NCBI RefSeq assembly: GCF_009914755.1
Contig: NC_060946.1
Source of the DNA: the human T2T-CHM13v2.0 reference genome, Homo sapiens
DNA length: 64,000 nucleotides
Direction: 5' to 3' (one strand)
Both the position numbers and the translations under genes were made by a program. Shown here one piece after another: positions 41,646 through 58,525 of this stretch; positions within the stretch are counted from its first letter, which is position 1; each line of letters starts with the position of its first letter. Below the pieces are notes generated by a model. It was given only the letters and a program-made list of their open reading frames with translations, was not told where the DNA came from and searched no databases.

Positions 41646-43959
41646 TTAAGCCTCATAGTAACTGCATGAATTGGGGACTATCATTATGCCCATTCTACAG
41701 ATGAGGAAACTGAAGCACAGGGACGTTTAGCAATATACTAGCCATGAACCCACCTTCTTAGCCACTGGCCACACTATCTCCAATGGAGCATCTCTGCAGA
41801 GGTGGCACTGCCTCTCCTTCCTCCCGGCATTCCTCTGCCTTGCTTGGAGACCCCTCTTCTCCTGCTTCTCTTCCTGCAGCTTCCCCCTCCACTGGGCTTT
41901 CTCCCATACCTTGGAGCCTTCTCTGCTCCCTGCTCCTGAAGTGACTCCCCTAGGGCTCATCCTGACCCTTCCTTCCCTCCAGGGGCTTCCTGGTGAGCAC
42001 TTTCTCTGTCACTTGACAGACAGCAGTCCACTTGATATGGCTGGGCTTGGGACAATAATACCTGTAACCTCCCTCTTCTTTAAAGAGTTACCACGAGGGT
42101 CAAAACTGACACCACGTAGTGCCTAAGCGTGCTTTGCAAACTGTGAAATGCTGGACAAAGGTAACGGCTGTCACTGTTACCATGATCAGCTCCGTTCAGA
42201 GGTTGGTTCCCTCATCCTCTCCTCCAAATATTTTTGGCACAAGTCGTCAGCACCCATATGCGGCATCTGGGAGCTGAAATTCAGAAGCCGCCTAACGGGT
42301 TGTGAAAATATCCGTTAGATGTTCAGGCTATAAAGCTGGGGGGCCTTTCTCCAATGGAACTGCAGGGGAAACGCAGGCTGGCTGAGAGAAGAGCATTATC
42401 CGACTGGGCCAGTGGGGCAGGACTCCAGGCTGCCTCCCGAGCCTCTTAGAGCTGTAAACAGGCGTGATTGTTTTGGCAGGAGGCATCCCACTGTCAAAGA
42501 GGAAGCTGATGAGATGCAAAGCAACCCAGACCCTTTCAACTTCTCCCACCCGAGGGTGGTGTGCCCAGTGATGTGAGCACCCGGTAGAGGGACAGGAGGG
42601 CAGACATTTAAGCCAACAGATCTGAGTTTAAAGTCTGAGCAAAAAACATGTCTGTGGCCTACTCTCAGTATCCCCATCTGGCTTGCTGGGAAAGATTTTG
42701 AACATCCTACCGACTTAATCTTTGTTGGGAAAACACAGTTTTGGGATATGCCGAGCTGGAGAGTGGGCTCTGAATTGTGTAATATACTCCCCGACTGCTG
42801 GACTTCACCTGGTCTGGTAACTCTTACCTGGGCTCCGTCCATTTTCCAGAGGAGGAAACTGAGGCTCAGCTAAATGCATCAAATGACACGTGGACACGAA
42901 ATAGCTAATAAGAAGAAGGACTGAGACGAGAATTGAAATCTTCTCTCTCCAAACCTGAACCCCCTGGCTTACTGGCTGGGTGATCTTGGGAGAGCTCGTG
43001 AACTTCTCTGAGCCTCTGTTTCCTTATCTGTAAAGTGGGGCTGATGATGAGACCTACCTCTGAGAGCTGTGAGGGTTACATGGGATTCTTACATGGAAAC
43101 CACTTGGCCCAGCCGAAGAGTAAACACTGGGTGAATGCCCCCGGTTATTACTACTTTAGGGCACACAGTTGTTAAATAAATAGAGGAGTGGATGAATAAA
43201 TAAATGCACTCTTTTCTCTACCAGGGACTGGAAGCTTTCTTTGCAAGAAGCCCATGAAGTGTAGGCAATTTCCTTTTGATGGCAATAAAGTTGGGCCTCG
43301 CTTCCTCTGTGATTCACATTCTTGAAGATCTTTCCAAATGCAGAGAAAGGGCTGGCCCCAGATCATCCGACATGGTCTCTCTGGTGATGCTGACAAGGTG
43401 ACGTTTTGGATGATTATGCAAGAAACCTTCCAAGAACTGACCCTCTGCTCCAGCAAAAAGCTTTGAATTTTGCAAAACTGCCGGAGCATAGCAATTTCTC
43501 ATCTGGCGCTGGCTCACCCAGTGAGCTTTGCAGGCATCCCAGAATTGTCTCTGAAACACTCTGCCCATTGCCCTCTCTTCGCCCCTCGAGAGTTAACAGA
43601 TGTGAGCGCTACAGGAGAGGGTGACAAGTGGCCCAAGACCTGGAGAAGCTGGGGTGGTAAGAGCAGGGCGCAGGCTTCTTGCTGGAGTGCATCCCAGGCG
43701 GCCCCGCAGGCTCTCTGGTGAATACAGAGAGCATCAGAGCACACTCTGTTTCCACAGCACGATGTTCAAGGGACTGGTCCTGCAGCGACTGCTTCCCTGC
43801 CACATTTGCTCTGGGCTGTGGAGAGCTGGCTGCTTTCTAGTTTGTGTTCCTGAATACTGGACACGCATCGGGACTGTGGTGCAAATAACCCCACAGGATA
43901 GACCAGTTTAGCTCGGGCTCCAGGATTAGATAAACCACATACAATCCCCAACTCCAACA

Positions 43960-44395
43960 CTGGCTTGGTGGGGCTTCCCCAGGAGCCAATCCACAGCAAG
44001 GACTAGAGTACAAGTGGTTTATTGTAAAGTGATTCCCAAAGCACCTCCAGGGGAGTGGACAAGTGAGAGAGGGAGAAGGAGGAAGGCAGAAGGGGTAACT
44101 AATGAGCCCACCACCACCACCTGTGGTCTACAGAGGCTCAGGCCTGCCGGGCTCTGGGAGACTGCCTGGAGCTGACCTCAGATCATCCTGGCAGAGGGGA
44201 GGAAGCTGGTGTGTTCTGATCCAGCTCACTGTTCTGTGTTGGTTGAGGGCTGCACAGGGCACTGCTCTCGGGCGCTTCTGCCTCGGCCTGTGCAGGGGCT
44301 GAGTGGGCTCCCACAGCCCTTGGACAAGAGGCTTAGGTCTTCAGGGCAAGGGGGATGGGGGTGCAGGCCCCCCGGTATCTGGGATATGAGATCCA
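43960..44395. mobile_element. ERVL LTR (LTR33-like)
   Basis: GGGCTTCCCCAGGAGCC...AGTACAAGTGGTTTATT...GTGATTCCCAAAGCAC pattern. Confidence 0.55.
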
Positions 44396-44493
44396 TCACC
44401 CAGGCTTGGATGGAAAGTATACTCAACGGAGGAAGTGCTCAAGGCAGGAGGCGATTACTATTACAGTTTGCTACTCATGTGTCTGGAAGGGCC

Positions 44494-44971
<478 letters not shown>

Positions 44972-44974
44972 TAA

Positions 44975-45103
44975 TGTTTTATTTTTTTAGAGACACGGGA
45001 TCTCTCAACGTTGCCCAGGCTGGACTCAAACTCCTGGGCTCATGCAATCCTCCCACCTCTGCCTCTGGAGGAGCTGAGACTACAGGTGGACGCCAACGCA
45101 CCC
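44975..45103 (-). mobile_element. Alu monomer (FLAM-like)
   Basis: Single arm; TSD-like TATGG(T/C)ACCTTTT. Confidence 0.75.
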
Positions 45104-45124
45104 TGTATGGCACCTTTTTCTGCC

Positions 45125-45560
45125 TGTATTGGTTCCTCAGGGCTGTTGTAACAAGTGACTATAAACTAGGTGACTTAAAAGGACAGAGATTTATTCTTCC
45201 ATGTTTCTGGAGGCCAGCAGTCTGAGATCCAGGTGTCAGCAGTCCCCCTGTGAAGACTCTGGGAACACTCTCTCCTTGCCTCTTCCGGCTGCTGGTCCCT
45301 GGCTGTGGCAGCATCACCCCAGCCTCCGTCTTCACCTCTGCCTTCACTGGGCTTTCTTCCCTGGGCCTCTGCCCGTCTTCTCCTTTTCTGTCTCTTTTAA
45401 GGACACCTGTCATTGGATTTATGGCCCACCCTTATCAAGGAGGATCTCATCTCGTGATCCTTACCTTAATTACATCTTCAAAGACCCTTATTCTGAATAA
45501 GGGCACAATCCGAGGCTCTGGAGGACCTAGCTTGTGGGGAGTGCTATTCAACCCACTACA
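45125..45560. mobile_element. MaLR LTR (MLT1B/C-like)
   Basis: TGTATTGGTTCCTCAGGGCTGTTGTAACAAG...ATTCAACCCACTACA. Confidence 0.82.
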
Positions 45561-45679
45561 CTACGTGTTGTAAATTTTCTTTGATTTCTACAGCATTAGT
45601 TAGAATTACGTCTGTTTCAGGTACAGACTGCAGCAACTTAACCAAACAGGGGCCTGTTTTCCTCCTGTCACAGGCACTC

Positions 45680-45990
45680 TTTTTTGTTGTTGTTGTTTTT
45701 GTTTGTTTTTTGAAATGGAGTCTTGCTCTGTCGCCCAGGCTGGGGTGCAGTGGCATGATCTCGGCTCACTGCAGCCTCCGCCTCCTGGGTTCAAGTGATT
45801 CTCCTGCCTCAGCCTCCTGAGTAGCTGGGATTACTGGTGTGCACCATCACACCTGGCTAATTTTTGTATTTTTAGTAGAGGTGGGGTTTCACCATGTTGG
45901 CCAGGCTGGTCTCGAACTCCTGGGCTCAAGTGATCTTCCCACCTCGGCCTCCCAAAGTGCTGGGATTATGGGCACGAGCCACCCTTAGGC
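45680..45990 (-). mobile_element. Alu
   Basis: Reverse Alu consensus with (TTG)n tail. Confidence 0.92.
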
Positions 45991-47621
45991 TGGCAGCTTG
46001 CAGGCCAGTGGGAGGGCTTTAAAGAGCCATCAGGGACCCAGGCTTCTCCTGGATTTCTAATGCCGCTGTCCTCAGCTACGTCTTTAGTTTCTGTGGTTAT
46101 AGGAAGACAGCTCCGTCTCTGGGCACCAAGTCTGCATCCTAGACATGGCAAAGGAGGAAGACCAAAGCCAGAGGCTTCCGTGCAAACCCCACCCAGGGCT
46201 GCCTGTGGACATCCATAGACCAAAACCGTGTCCCCTGGTCAGGGGAGTATTTTCCACAGGGCACATTGCTGCCCTGCCCCTAAATGGGTTTCTGATGGAA
46301 AGAAAGAGGTGAGAATTAGTGGTGAGTAGGCAACAGTGATGATCAGTGGGTAATAATATGTAATGTCACCTATAAAAAATTAAACTCCACAGCATAAGCA
46401 TGTCCCCAGGTCACTACAGAAGAGCCTCAGTATTTTAAAGGACACGTGATAGTATGTTTGTGGATGCCCATCATGTTTCTCAAGCTCTGCCCTTTCTGCA
46501 TTGCCGCAGCTGCCTGTCTGCACGCCACCGCCTGTCTGCACGCCGCCGCCTGGCCCTGAGGGAGGCTGGGGCCAGGTGTGGGCACTAAGGTATGCCCAGA
46601 GCAGCATCAGAAGCAGGAGATGGTGGTGATGCCACCACTATGAGACAGCATCAGAGCCAGGAGGTGGCAGGCACACTGCAGGGACAGCCACTCAGGCAGA
46701 GCAGCCCACAGGAGGGACGTGAACTGCCAACTCATCTCTGAACCCAGTGACATCAGCACATCAGAGCCTTAACCCTGCTGGCGTTCTGAACTCTGGGTCA
46801 GGTCAGGAAGCAGAAAATAAGAACAACGGCATGGAAACTTCTCTGCCTCTTTAGGAAGTGGCACTTTCTTTGGATCCATCCGTTGACACCTGTGCTCAGT
46901 AGATAATCTGGTGAATGATTGATTCAACAAGGTAACAAGGAGCCAGCAGGAGGCTAAATGAGTTTTTAATGACTGTAAGTCATCTCAGATCACAGCGTCT
47001 CCAAGTTGGGAGGAACATGTTGTCTAGGGGAACTCTCCTGCTGATGCATGAGTTCTTTCAACAAGTTCCCTCATTTCCATTTGCATGCCTCTCATGACGG
47101 GATGCTCACTGCCTTGCAGAATGGCCGGTCTTACTGCTCTACGGCTCCAAGGGTAGACAGGGCTTCCTTAGGTTTAGTCAAGAGCTGTTGCCTTCTCAAT
47201 CCCACTAGTTGTTCCTGATTTTGTGCCCACAGAATCACACAAAATAAACCCAGTTTCCCTTCAGACTCCACTCCCTGCCCCTAATTATAGAAAGGCTTAA
47301 TTTTCTCCATTTGTAGGTGCTTTGCTTTCCTTTTTGCTTTCTGTGTTTATTTACTCAACGAAGATGTATTAAGCATCCCCTTTGTGCCAGGGAGCGTATG
47401 AAGTGCTGGGGTTACAACGGTGAAGGATTCCAGCACGTAGGAAACCTAAGAACGAAACAGGGAAGGTGGGTGAGGACAACGATAATTGCAGTGAAATTCA
47501 CATGGCAAGCAACCAACCATTTTAAAGTGTACAAGTCAGTGACGTTCACAGTCATGTGTAACCACCACCTCTGGCTTCAAAACTTGTCACCACCCCAGAA
47601 TACCTTGTACCTATTAAGTAA

Positions 47622-48052
<431 letters not shown>

Positions 48053-48200
48053 TAATATGTCATCTTTTGTGACTGGCTTCTTTCAGGTAGCATAATGTTT
48101 TCAAGGTTTACCTAAGTTGTAGCACGTATCAATGCTTTATTCTTTTTTATGGTTAAAAATATTCCATTGTACGGTATGTCACATTTTGACTATCCATTCA

Positions 48201-48992
<792 letters not shown>

Positions 48993-49407
48993 TTTTAACT
49001 TTTTAAGGAATGGCCAAACTGTTTTTCACAGTGACTGCACCACTTTATGCTGTCACCAGCAATATATGCGGGTACCAATTTCTCAGCATCCTTGCCAATG
49101 CTTCTTATTTTCATTTTTTTGGATGACAGCCACCGTGGAGGGTGTACAGGCACCTCATTGTGATTTTGCTGTGCATCTCCTTAATTACAAATGGTGCTGA
49201 GCATCTTCTCATATGCCTGGTGGCCATTTGTATATCATCTTTGGAGAAATGTCTCTTCAAGTCCTTTGCCCACTTTTTAATTGGGTTGCATGATGGTTAG
49301 TTTTATGTGTCAATTTGACTGGGCCACAGGGTGCCCAGATGTTTGATGAGACATTCTCCCAGGTGATTCTGTGAGGGTGTTTGGGGATGAGTTCATATTT
49401 AAAATAA

Positions 49408-49972
<565 letters not shown>

Positions 49973-50032
49973 ACAAATCTTTTTATGCACTATATACATG
50001 TGTATACACACACACACACACACGTACATATA

Positions 50033-50252
50033 CAAGTTGAGAAATCTCAGATCTGAAAATCCGAAATCCAAAATGCTCCAAAATCTGAAAATTTTTGAGA
50101 GTCATTGTAATGCTCAAAGGAAGTGCTCTTTGGAGCAGTTTGAATTTTGAATTTTTGGATTTGGAGTGCTCAGACAGAAAGTGTAACGCAAATACTTCAC
50201 AATCCAAAATATTTCTGCTCCCAAGCATTTTGGATAAGGGATACTCAACCTG
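50033..50252. mobile_element. MER46/Tigger4a-like MITE flanked by (CA)n
   Basis: CAAGTTGAG...AATCCGAAATCCAAAATGCTCCAAAATCTGAAA...GGATAAGGGATACTCAACCTG. Confidence 0.8.
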
Positions 50253-51872
50253 TGCGCCCACACACACAAATGCACACACACACACACACACAGCCTATTC
50301 TGTTTCTCTGGAGGACTCTAACACAGGTTGTTTGTCTTTGGTTGTTGAGGTGCAGGCGTTCTTTACATATTCAGGATACTAAATCCTTACCAGATGTAGG
50401 ATTCACAACTATTTCGGTCCCTTTGAGAAGACAGATGCTTAGAGAAGCAATGAGTATGAAGTGGAGTTGGAAGCACAGGGCAGGAGTCCCTCAACACAGA
50501 TGCTCCCGAGAGCAGGCTTAGCTGGCTGATGTATGGTGGAGCCCATTGCACCTGGCACTGAATAGGTTCTCAATAAAGAGTTGTCAGTAAAAATGAGCAA
50601 CTACATTTGGATGTTGGGTGGGAATAAACAAGGCTTCCCAGAAGGAGCCTCACTGAAGCTGAAGCCTAAGGCTGGTGTAGCAATGAGCCAGGCAGAGGAG
50701 AAACAGTGATGTGGCCGAAGGAATAGCTTATGTGAGGGCCCAGAGGAGAGGGAGGACATGGCAGTTTTGAGGAATGGCACATTTTATGTAGTTGAAGCAG
50801 AGAATGCAGGGAATGAATGTGGGGTTGCAGGGCTAAGGTGGGAGGTGAGAGAGGAGAACGCAGGAGAGTCGCGAGAAAGGGGAAACGGTGAAGTTGGAAG
50901 GGATCAGACATGAAAGGTTTTGTGGGCTGTAAAGGAGTTTGGGGCCCTCTGCGAAAGGGGGAGGAAGAACAAAGCTATGAAGTGTTCATGAATGAATGGC
51001 AGCCATAAGAAGGCCCAGTGCTCTCAGGCCCCCGGGAGGATGCAGGGGAAGCTGACTCTTCCAGGCTCCTTGCAATTTAAATTCTGGCTCTGTTCTCCAT
51101 CAGGCAAAAAGTGGGGTCAAACAAGTGGATTCAGGAGTCTCAGCAAAGCTACTTAAGCTGCATTTCCTCATCTGTATGACAGGGGCTGTGAGGAGCCTGC
51201 AGGCTCCAGTGACAAACTAGAGGATCGTGTCCTAAGCCCCCAAATTTGACCCTCACAGGATCCCAAATAAAGGACACAGAGAGGACACATTCCTGCGAAT
51301 GACTTCCCTGAGGAGGGAACAGAGAGGGGAAACTGAAGGAGGGTAGGGCAACCGAGAGTGGAAATTGACGGGGGGCCTTTTGCGGCACAGTTCAGGGTCC
51401 AGGCGGGCTGCCCAGGCCTTCCTCCTCTGTCGGCACTGAGGCAGGAAGATAAGAAGGGAGCCAGGAACACCAGGCCTCTGTCCCATTTGCCGAACCACCT
51501 CTTGTAAACAGTCTTCTGGGTCTAAATAAACCAACATCAGATTCACCCAATTTGAATCTTCCCAGACTAATGCGTCTGCGTGGCCGCAGATGCCTTGGGG
51601 ACGGGGAATCTTTAATGGGAAAGCAAAGAGGGAAAGAGGCTGAATGCTTTGAGAAGTGATTTCTTCGATGAAGTCATCCTCTAAAGTGGTTAGCTGTGTC
51701 CGGCACAAGTAGGCACTCAGAAATCATTTGTCAAGTCAGTGAATACATGTTTGCAATTTTCACTTTTATTGGCTGTGTGGTTTGGGCAAGGTGCCTAACC
51801 TCTCTGAACCTTCCTGTATAAAATAGAGAGACATCTCTTCCGTGGATGGCTGCAGTGTGGATTAAGACATGG

Positions 51873-52238
51873 TGCCTTAGTCCATTTGGACTGCTGTAAA
51901 AAAATACCTTAGACTGGGTAATTTAAAAACAACAGAAATTCATTGCTCACAGTTCTGGAGGCTGGGAAGTCCAAGATCAAGGTGCTAGAAGACTTGGTGT
52001 CTGGTGAGGGCTCTCTGCTTCATAGATGGTGTCCTGTTGCTATAGCCTCACATGGTGAAAGGGCAAAGGGCTAGGAACCTCCCTTAGGGCTCTTGTATGA
52101 GGGCATTCATCCCATCCATGAGGGCTTCTCTCCCATGTCCCATCACCTCCCAAAGGCCCCACCTTCTAATACCATCACCTTGAGAGTTGGGTTTTGACTG
52201 TGGATTTTGGAGGGACACAAACCTTCGGACCATAGCAG
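51873..52238. mobile_element. MaLR LTR (MST/MLT1A-like)
   Basis: CTTAGTCCATTTGGACTGCTG...TTCTGGAGGCTGGGAAGTCCAAGATCAAGG...GGGACACAAACCTTCGGACCATAGCA. Confidence 0.85.
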
Positions 52239-55200
52239 ATGGTATATGCAAAGTGTCCAGCAAGAAGGAGGGAGATGCAGATTTGGCATCCAGCTCTGTC
52301 CAGCCGCAGAGCTATAGCCCTGCACAGTCATATTATCCAGGGTCAGGTTAAGAGCAGAGGGCAGCTCAATCCTGACTTTCCCACCCATCCTTCCTCTCCG
52401 TGGAGTCTTTGTTCTGATGCTCCTGGCTCTTCCTTCCCCGCTGAGTCCCCTGTCTTCTAGCTCTGGGACATCAACGCATCCAGGGAGCCAGTGATCATTC
52501 ATCACTCGATGAAGCTGGGCTGCTCCCAGCTCTTATTAAAACCACTCAGAGACAGATTGATTTGGGGCCCTTCCTCCAGCCTGAGCTTTCTCCTTCCTGC
52601 TCCCAGCCTCTAAGACAAAAAGGCATAGAGATAAACAGCAAGCCTCCTATGATCATGACAATGAAGAGAAGGAGCTGCATTCAGCTGATGAGAAAACCCG
52701 GAGGCGGCTGGTGGGGCAGGTGTCAGGGCAGTGGGTGGCTGGAGACTGAGGAACTGGAGCCCAGTGATACCGGGCCACAGAGGGGTATGCTGGGCAGGGA
52801 GGACTTCCTGTCATGCCTGCATTCCTTACTGAGTTAGCAGGTCCCTATGGATGGCACTATGGCAGGGGTGGGGCAGCAGGGGCCTGGGGCCAAGCCCCGT
52901 TCTGCTCTGCACTGCTATGTGGCCTTGAGTGAGTCACAAGCCATGTTGGGCCTTTATGGCCACATGTGCATCAGGATGGGTGAAGCCCAGCATCTTTTTG
53001 GTGCCAGGTTCTGGGATTTAGCAGGACCCCTGCAGACATGCCCTACTTTCAGGCATTGCATGGTCTTTGGGAGGGGTGGACAGGAATCAGATTGTCACAT
53101 ATTGGTTTTTTTTTTTTCATTTCACTCACAAGACTGGTGCAGGGGCTCTAACCTCAGCTTGGGGTGACGCTCCAGAGTAGATTCCTGAGGATGAAGAGGA
53201 CTGAGCCAGGGAAAAGGGGGTTGGGGAGGACAGGGAGGCAGAATGGTCCAGGCTGAGGTAGAAGGGCTGGGATAGAGGCTGGGTCATGCCCGTAGGCAGG
53301 AACTCTGTGTTTGGCTCTGGGATTTGATTCTATAGATTGGGCAGTCGCTGGAAAGATTTAAGCAGAACAATGTGACTTGATCCATGTTTTGGAAAGAGCC
53401 CTTGGGCTCTGGGTGGAGAGGGGAGAGGGAGGGGGAGAGGAGGCCAGGAGACAGGCTGGGGACGACTGCAGTGGTCCATGGACACCAGGGCGGTCCCAAC
53501 AGTGTCTCCCAGAGACCGGGAGAAGCCAGCCCCCTCGACACGGTGAACGTTGCAGTGTAGAAAGATGCCAAACCTGTGTTACAGACACTGACTGGATATT
53601 AGCCGTGTTTGAACAGATGCCCGTGTCTGAATTGGAGGCTCTTTACAAATGGGAGACTCAGGCTGCCAGGCTCTGTCATGCCCAATCCCACCCGTGATGG
53701 GGCCCAGATTCAGGTGGTGGCCAAGGCCAAGAGAAACGGTCGAGTGGAGCACGACGTGGGAGGCAGGAGGAAGAGGGCTTGGTGAATGACTGCCGGGGTC
53801 AGCAAGGCTCTCCCTTGTCATTTCAACTCCCCCGCCACACTCCTGTGCTTCCCTCCCATCCCCCCTCCACACAAGATGCCCACTGCTGTCACCCTGCGCT
53901 GTGCAGTGGTATGTTGGGTCATTAAGCCCTGCATTTAATTCCAGCTCTGCCTCTTGCTGGCTGTGTGTCCCCAGAGGGCCTTGGCTTTCTTGTCTGTAAA
54001 GGGGGTAATGGTACTGCTTATTGCTGAGGCTTGTTGAAAGGAGGAAATGAGATGTTGTGGTTTAGTAAATAGAACCCTCCCACCCCCAAAGTGGCCGCCA
54101 TTACTGCTGCCTCTGTTATCCTGCAGCCGCAGCGCAGGGGCCCTGAGCCCTTGCAGGGAAGACATTTCCTCCTTGATCTGCCCAGGCCCCAGACAGAGTC
54201 TTTTCAAAATAGGGTCTTGGAGCTAATGCCTTGCATCCCCCAGGAGGTCAAAGGGCCGTGCTCTCTGACACGTGGCTGCTGCGCCATTTGCTGCCCTGAG
54301 TCTGAACTGCATGGTGTGGGCTGTCATGCAGGTGCAGAACAAGAGGCACTGAGGCCACTCCAGGCCAGCGGGCAGCTGTCAACTGTCATCCTGACCTGCC
54401 TGTCCCTCGCAGGGCTCTGACCTGGTTTCCGGGTGAAATGCTCCCGCTCCCCAGCCCCAGCCCCTCCTCCTGCATTCCACACAGACCCAGCATGGGGTGG
54501 GCCCTCTTCCTCTTCCCCAACCCCACTTCAGTGTCCAGAGTTGGGCCCTCTGAGACCCCCCACATGAAGACCCAAGTCTGCATTGGTCCTGACTGTTGTC
54601 ACGAGCATATGTGTGTACCAATGCCCTCACGCCTCCCCACGTGTACACGCACACTCATGCACATTCCCACTCCCACGCCCATTCCCGCGTGCTCCACCTC
54701 TGGCTCACTTGCCACCTTTGTGCAGGCCCTGGCGCCTGGTTGAGCCCCCGGCAGGGCAGCCCTTTGGGGTTTGCTGCTGTGTTGACCCAGTTTCCAGTGT
54801 TGGCCTTGAGTCCTCTCCCAGGCCTGGGCCTGCTTGCTCTGAGCCTGGCTACCACCCTGGATGAGGGCCTGCCCATTCCTGCCTTTCAGCCTGCGTCCTG
54901 ATGGGCTGTCTGCCCCGGGCTGGGCCCTCAGGGAGAGCCTTCCTGACAGCCCTGCCTAAGGGCAACACCTCAGAGAGCAGGGGAGGTGCAGGGCATGGGG
55001 TCTGGTGAGAGAGAGACTAACACTCCAATGCCCCCTCTCCACCCAGGGAAATCTAAAATAACCTCCCCAGGGCTGTCTTGGGGAACAGCAGAAGCCCTTC
55101 TGTAGGGACGTGGCCATGTTCACCCCCAGCATCTGTCCCCACTTTTCATTTCCACAGGGACACCCCTCTCCCACTCTCAGGCCGTGAGCCTTGTGGGTGA

Positions 55201-55489
55201 CCAACTCCACCTGTCTCCAATCAAGATCCCTCCTCCTGGCCTCTGTGTCTGACTCAGGAAGGGACACAGGCTCTGGAGGTGATGCTGGGGTTGGGGTCCT
55301 GGATCCTCCCCGTGGTGGCTGTGTGACTTTTGGCCAACATTTAAATTCTACATGCCTTAGCTTCCTCATCTATACAAGGGATGTAATAATAGCATGCATT
55401 TCACAGTGCTGTTGTGCAGATGGAATCCTGTAAAGGACTCAGCACAGAGTAAGTGCTCAGTAAATGTTACCTACTAGTATTAATGGGAC

Positions 55490-55825
55490 TAAATCTGGGG
55501 ACTTCTGATAGAGTGGCTGGGAACAAGAAGTTCTTTTTTTTTTGCTGGTAATGCTGAATGTTCACCTTGAGTTGCTGGGGGAATCTTGCCATCACGAAGG
55601 GAGAGCCCTCCTCATAACAAATTCAGCACAAAGAAAAGCAGTACTCAGAGAGAGGAAAAGAGGGACTTAGTCCTGATGATATCACTTGAGTCCCTTGATC
55701 CAGCTGTTCCTGAAGACCTTCCCTTAACTATTCAGGCACAAAAGCCAGTCAAGTCCTTTGTTTCCTTCCTTCTTAGCTTAAGTTACTTGAGTTGGGGTTC
55801 TGTCATTTGTAAAAAAAATTCTTAA
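55490..55825. mobile_element. Old MaLR LTR fragment (MLT1J/K-like)
   Basis: CCCTTGATCCAGCTGTTCCTGAAG...GCTTAAG...TTGAGTTGGGGTTCTGTCATTTG. Confidence 0.65.
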
Positions 55826-55829
55826 TGGT

Positions 55830-56260
55830 ATCCATCCATCTATGTGTCTGTCCATCCATCCATCCATCCATCCATCCATCCATCCATCCCCCCACCCATC
55901 CACCCATTCATCCATCGTCCATTCACCCACCCATCCATCCATTTACACATCTGCCCACCCATCTACTCACCCATCCATCTATCCATCTATCCACCCACCC
56001 ATCCACCCACCCATTCATCTACCCACCCATCCATCCATCCATTCATCCACCATCCATCCATCCCCCCACCCATCCACCCATTCATCCATCGTCCATTCAC
56101 CCACCCATCCATCCATTTACCCATCTGCCCACCCATCTACTCACCCATCCATCTATCCATCTATCCACCCACCCATCCACCCACCCATTCATCCACCCAC
56201 CCATCCATCCATCCATCCATCCATCCATCCATCCATCCATCCATCCACCTACCCATCCAC
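55830..56260. repeat. Degenerate (CCAT)n tract with an internal 174-bp duplication
   Basis: Direct; the landmark CGTCC recurs at 55917 and 56091. Confidence 0.95.
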
Positions 56261-56588
56261 GGACCTGCATTCAAACCCCAACACTAGCAAATCCTGTATT
56301 TGTGGGCTTAGACACATCACATCCCCTCTCTGAGACTCAGTTTTTCAGAGAATGGGAGTTTCATCACCTACCTTATGGGGTGGTTTTAGGGAGTAAGTGG
56401 GTAACCTCTGTAGAGTTCCATGCTTAGTACTTAGAACAGAAAAGAGACTGTTCCCTTCCATTCCCTCCTATCACAACTTTTCTAACTGTTGAAATCCAGC
56501 CCCCACCCCCTGCCCAGATGCATCTGGAAAGCCAATGCCTGACCAGGCCTGGGTCTTCCTGAGCAAGCAGAGTCTGACTGGTACAACC

Positions 56589-56594
56589 TTTATT
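56589..56594 (-). terminator. PVALB: PVALB polyadenylation signal AATAAA
   Basis: TTTATT on + strand, ~170 nt after the TAA. Confidence 0.85.
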
Positions 56595-56761
56595 GCTTCT
56601 CCAGCATTTTCCAGAAGAATGGTGTCATTAGAGGGCCACAGGGGATGGGGGAGTAAAAAATAACATAAACGAACTGAACAGAAATGCAGGAGGGTGGCGA
56701 GAGGGGCCGAGATTGGGTGTTCAGGGCAGAGAGGTGGAAGACCAGGGGCAGTCAGTGCTTC

Positions 56762-56790
56762 TTAGCTTTCAGCCACCAGAGTGGAGAATT
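56762..56790 (-). CDS. PVALB: Parvalbumin alpha, last coding exon ((E)FSTLVAES*); upstream exons lie beyond the window end
   Basis: Acceptor TGTTCTGCAG|AA TTC TCC ACT CTG GTG GCT GAA AGC TAA matches the parvalbumin C-terminus; synteny with IFT27. Confidence 0.93.
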
Positions 56791-57388
56791 CTGCAGAACA
56801 AAATGACAAGGAAAGTGAGTCAGAGGCGGGGATGCAAGAGAGACTGTCCACACCTGACTGCGGGGCCCTGGGTGGTGCTCTCTCTGGGTTCTTGCTTCTG
56901 CTGCAGCAGCCCCAGAGCGTAAGTGTGAAAATGAATGAATGAATAAATGAATGAATGAGCAGATGAGTGAAGTGAGGTGGGAAATGATGGGCCTACCACA
57001 TCTTTTGGTTCATCATGCCATGCCACACCCAAAATCATTAATAATAACTACACTAATAACAATAGCAATAATAATAATAATAGTTTTCTGAATGCTTATC
57101 ATATGCCAGGCACTATTCGAAACACTTTATATGCAATATCTTATTTGACTCTGACAATAGTCCTGTCTGGTGCATTTTGGCATTGTTCCTGTTCTACAGA
57201 TGAAGAAACTGAGGCTCAGGGTCCTGATTTCTGGACTTCTCTGCTGTTTTTCTCCCCAGGAGATGAGAGAGGACAAGGAGTTTGCTGCCACGTGCCACTA
57301 CGTGTCTCTGAGATGCCATGTCTCAGCCTGCTGGGGAGTGTAGGGTCTCAGGCAAGTGCCCATCGCCCTAGAAAATGCAGTGTTGTCT

Positions 57389-57749
<361 letters not shown>

Positions 57750-58191
57750 TTAGGGCTTCCAGGCTTAGTCTGGCCCTATTTGCTGGAAAATGTATCTCTC
57801 TGGGTTTTGGTTCCCTCATCTGTCAGTGGAGTGAAGAGAGGGGCCAGTAATAATTGCTTGGGTGAGACAAATAAAAAACTGGTCGTGAAATGGCTTCAAA
57901 AAGGCCACAAAAAGTATCTGAGACTCATTTGAGGTGAGCTGCGTCCTCCCTGGACTTTGTGTGGAATACAAATGTAAAACCCCACCTATCCAGTTTCTTA
58001 GTTTTCATCATTGTACTGTGGTTATGTAAAATATTAACATCGGGGGAGCTGGGTGAAGGGTGTACAGGACTCTCTGTACTATCATTTCAATTCTTCTGTA
58101 TATCTACAATTATTTCAAAATAAAAAAGTGAAAACACACACACACAAAAGCCAAACCAACACATGCTGTATTGTAGAAATAACCTGGCACT

Positions 58192-58525
<334 letters not shown>

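Noticed and set aside
55825-56427. Three overlapping His/Pro/Ser/Ile-rich ORFs of 147-200 aa
   Set aside because: Translation of a (CCAT)n tract, which lacks stop codons on this strand; no promoter or splice support.
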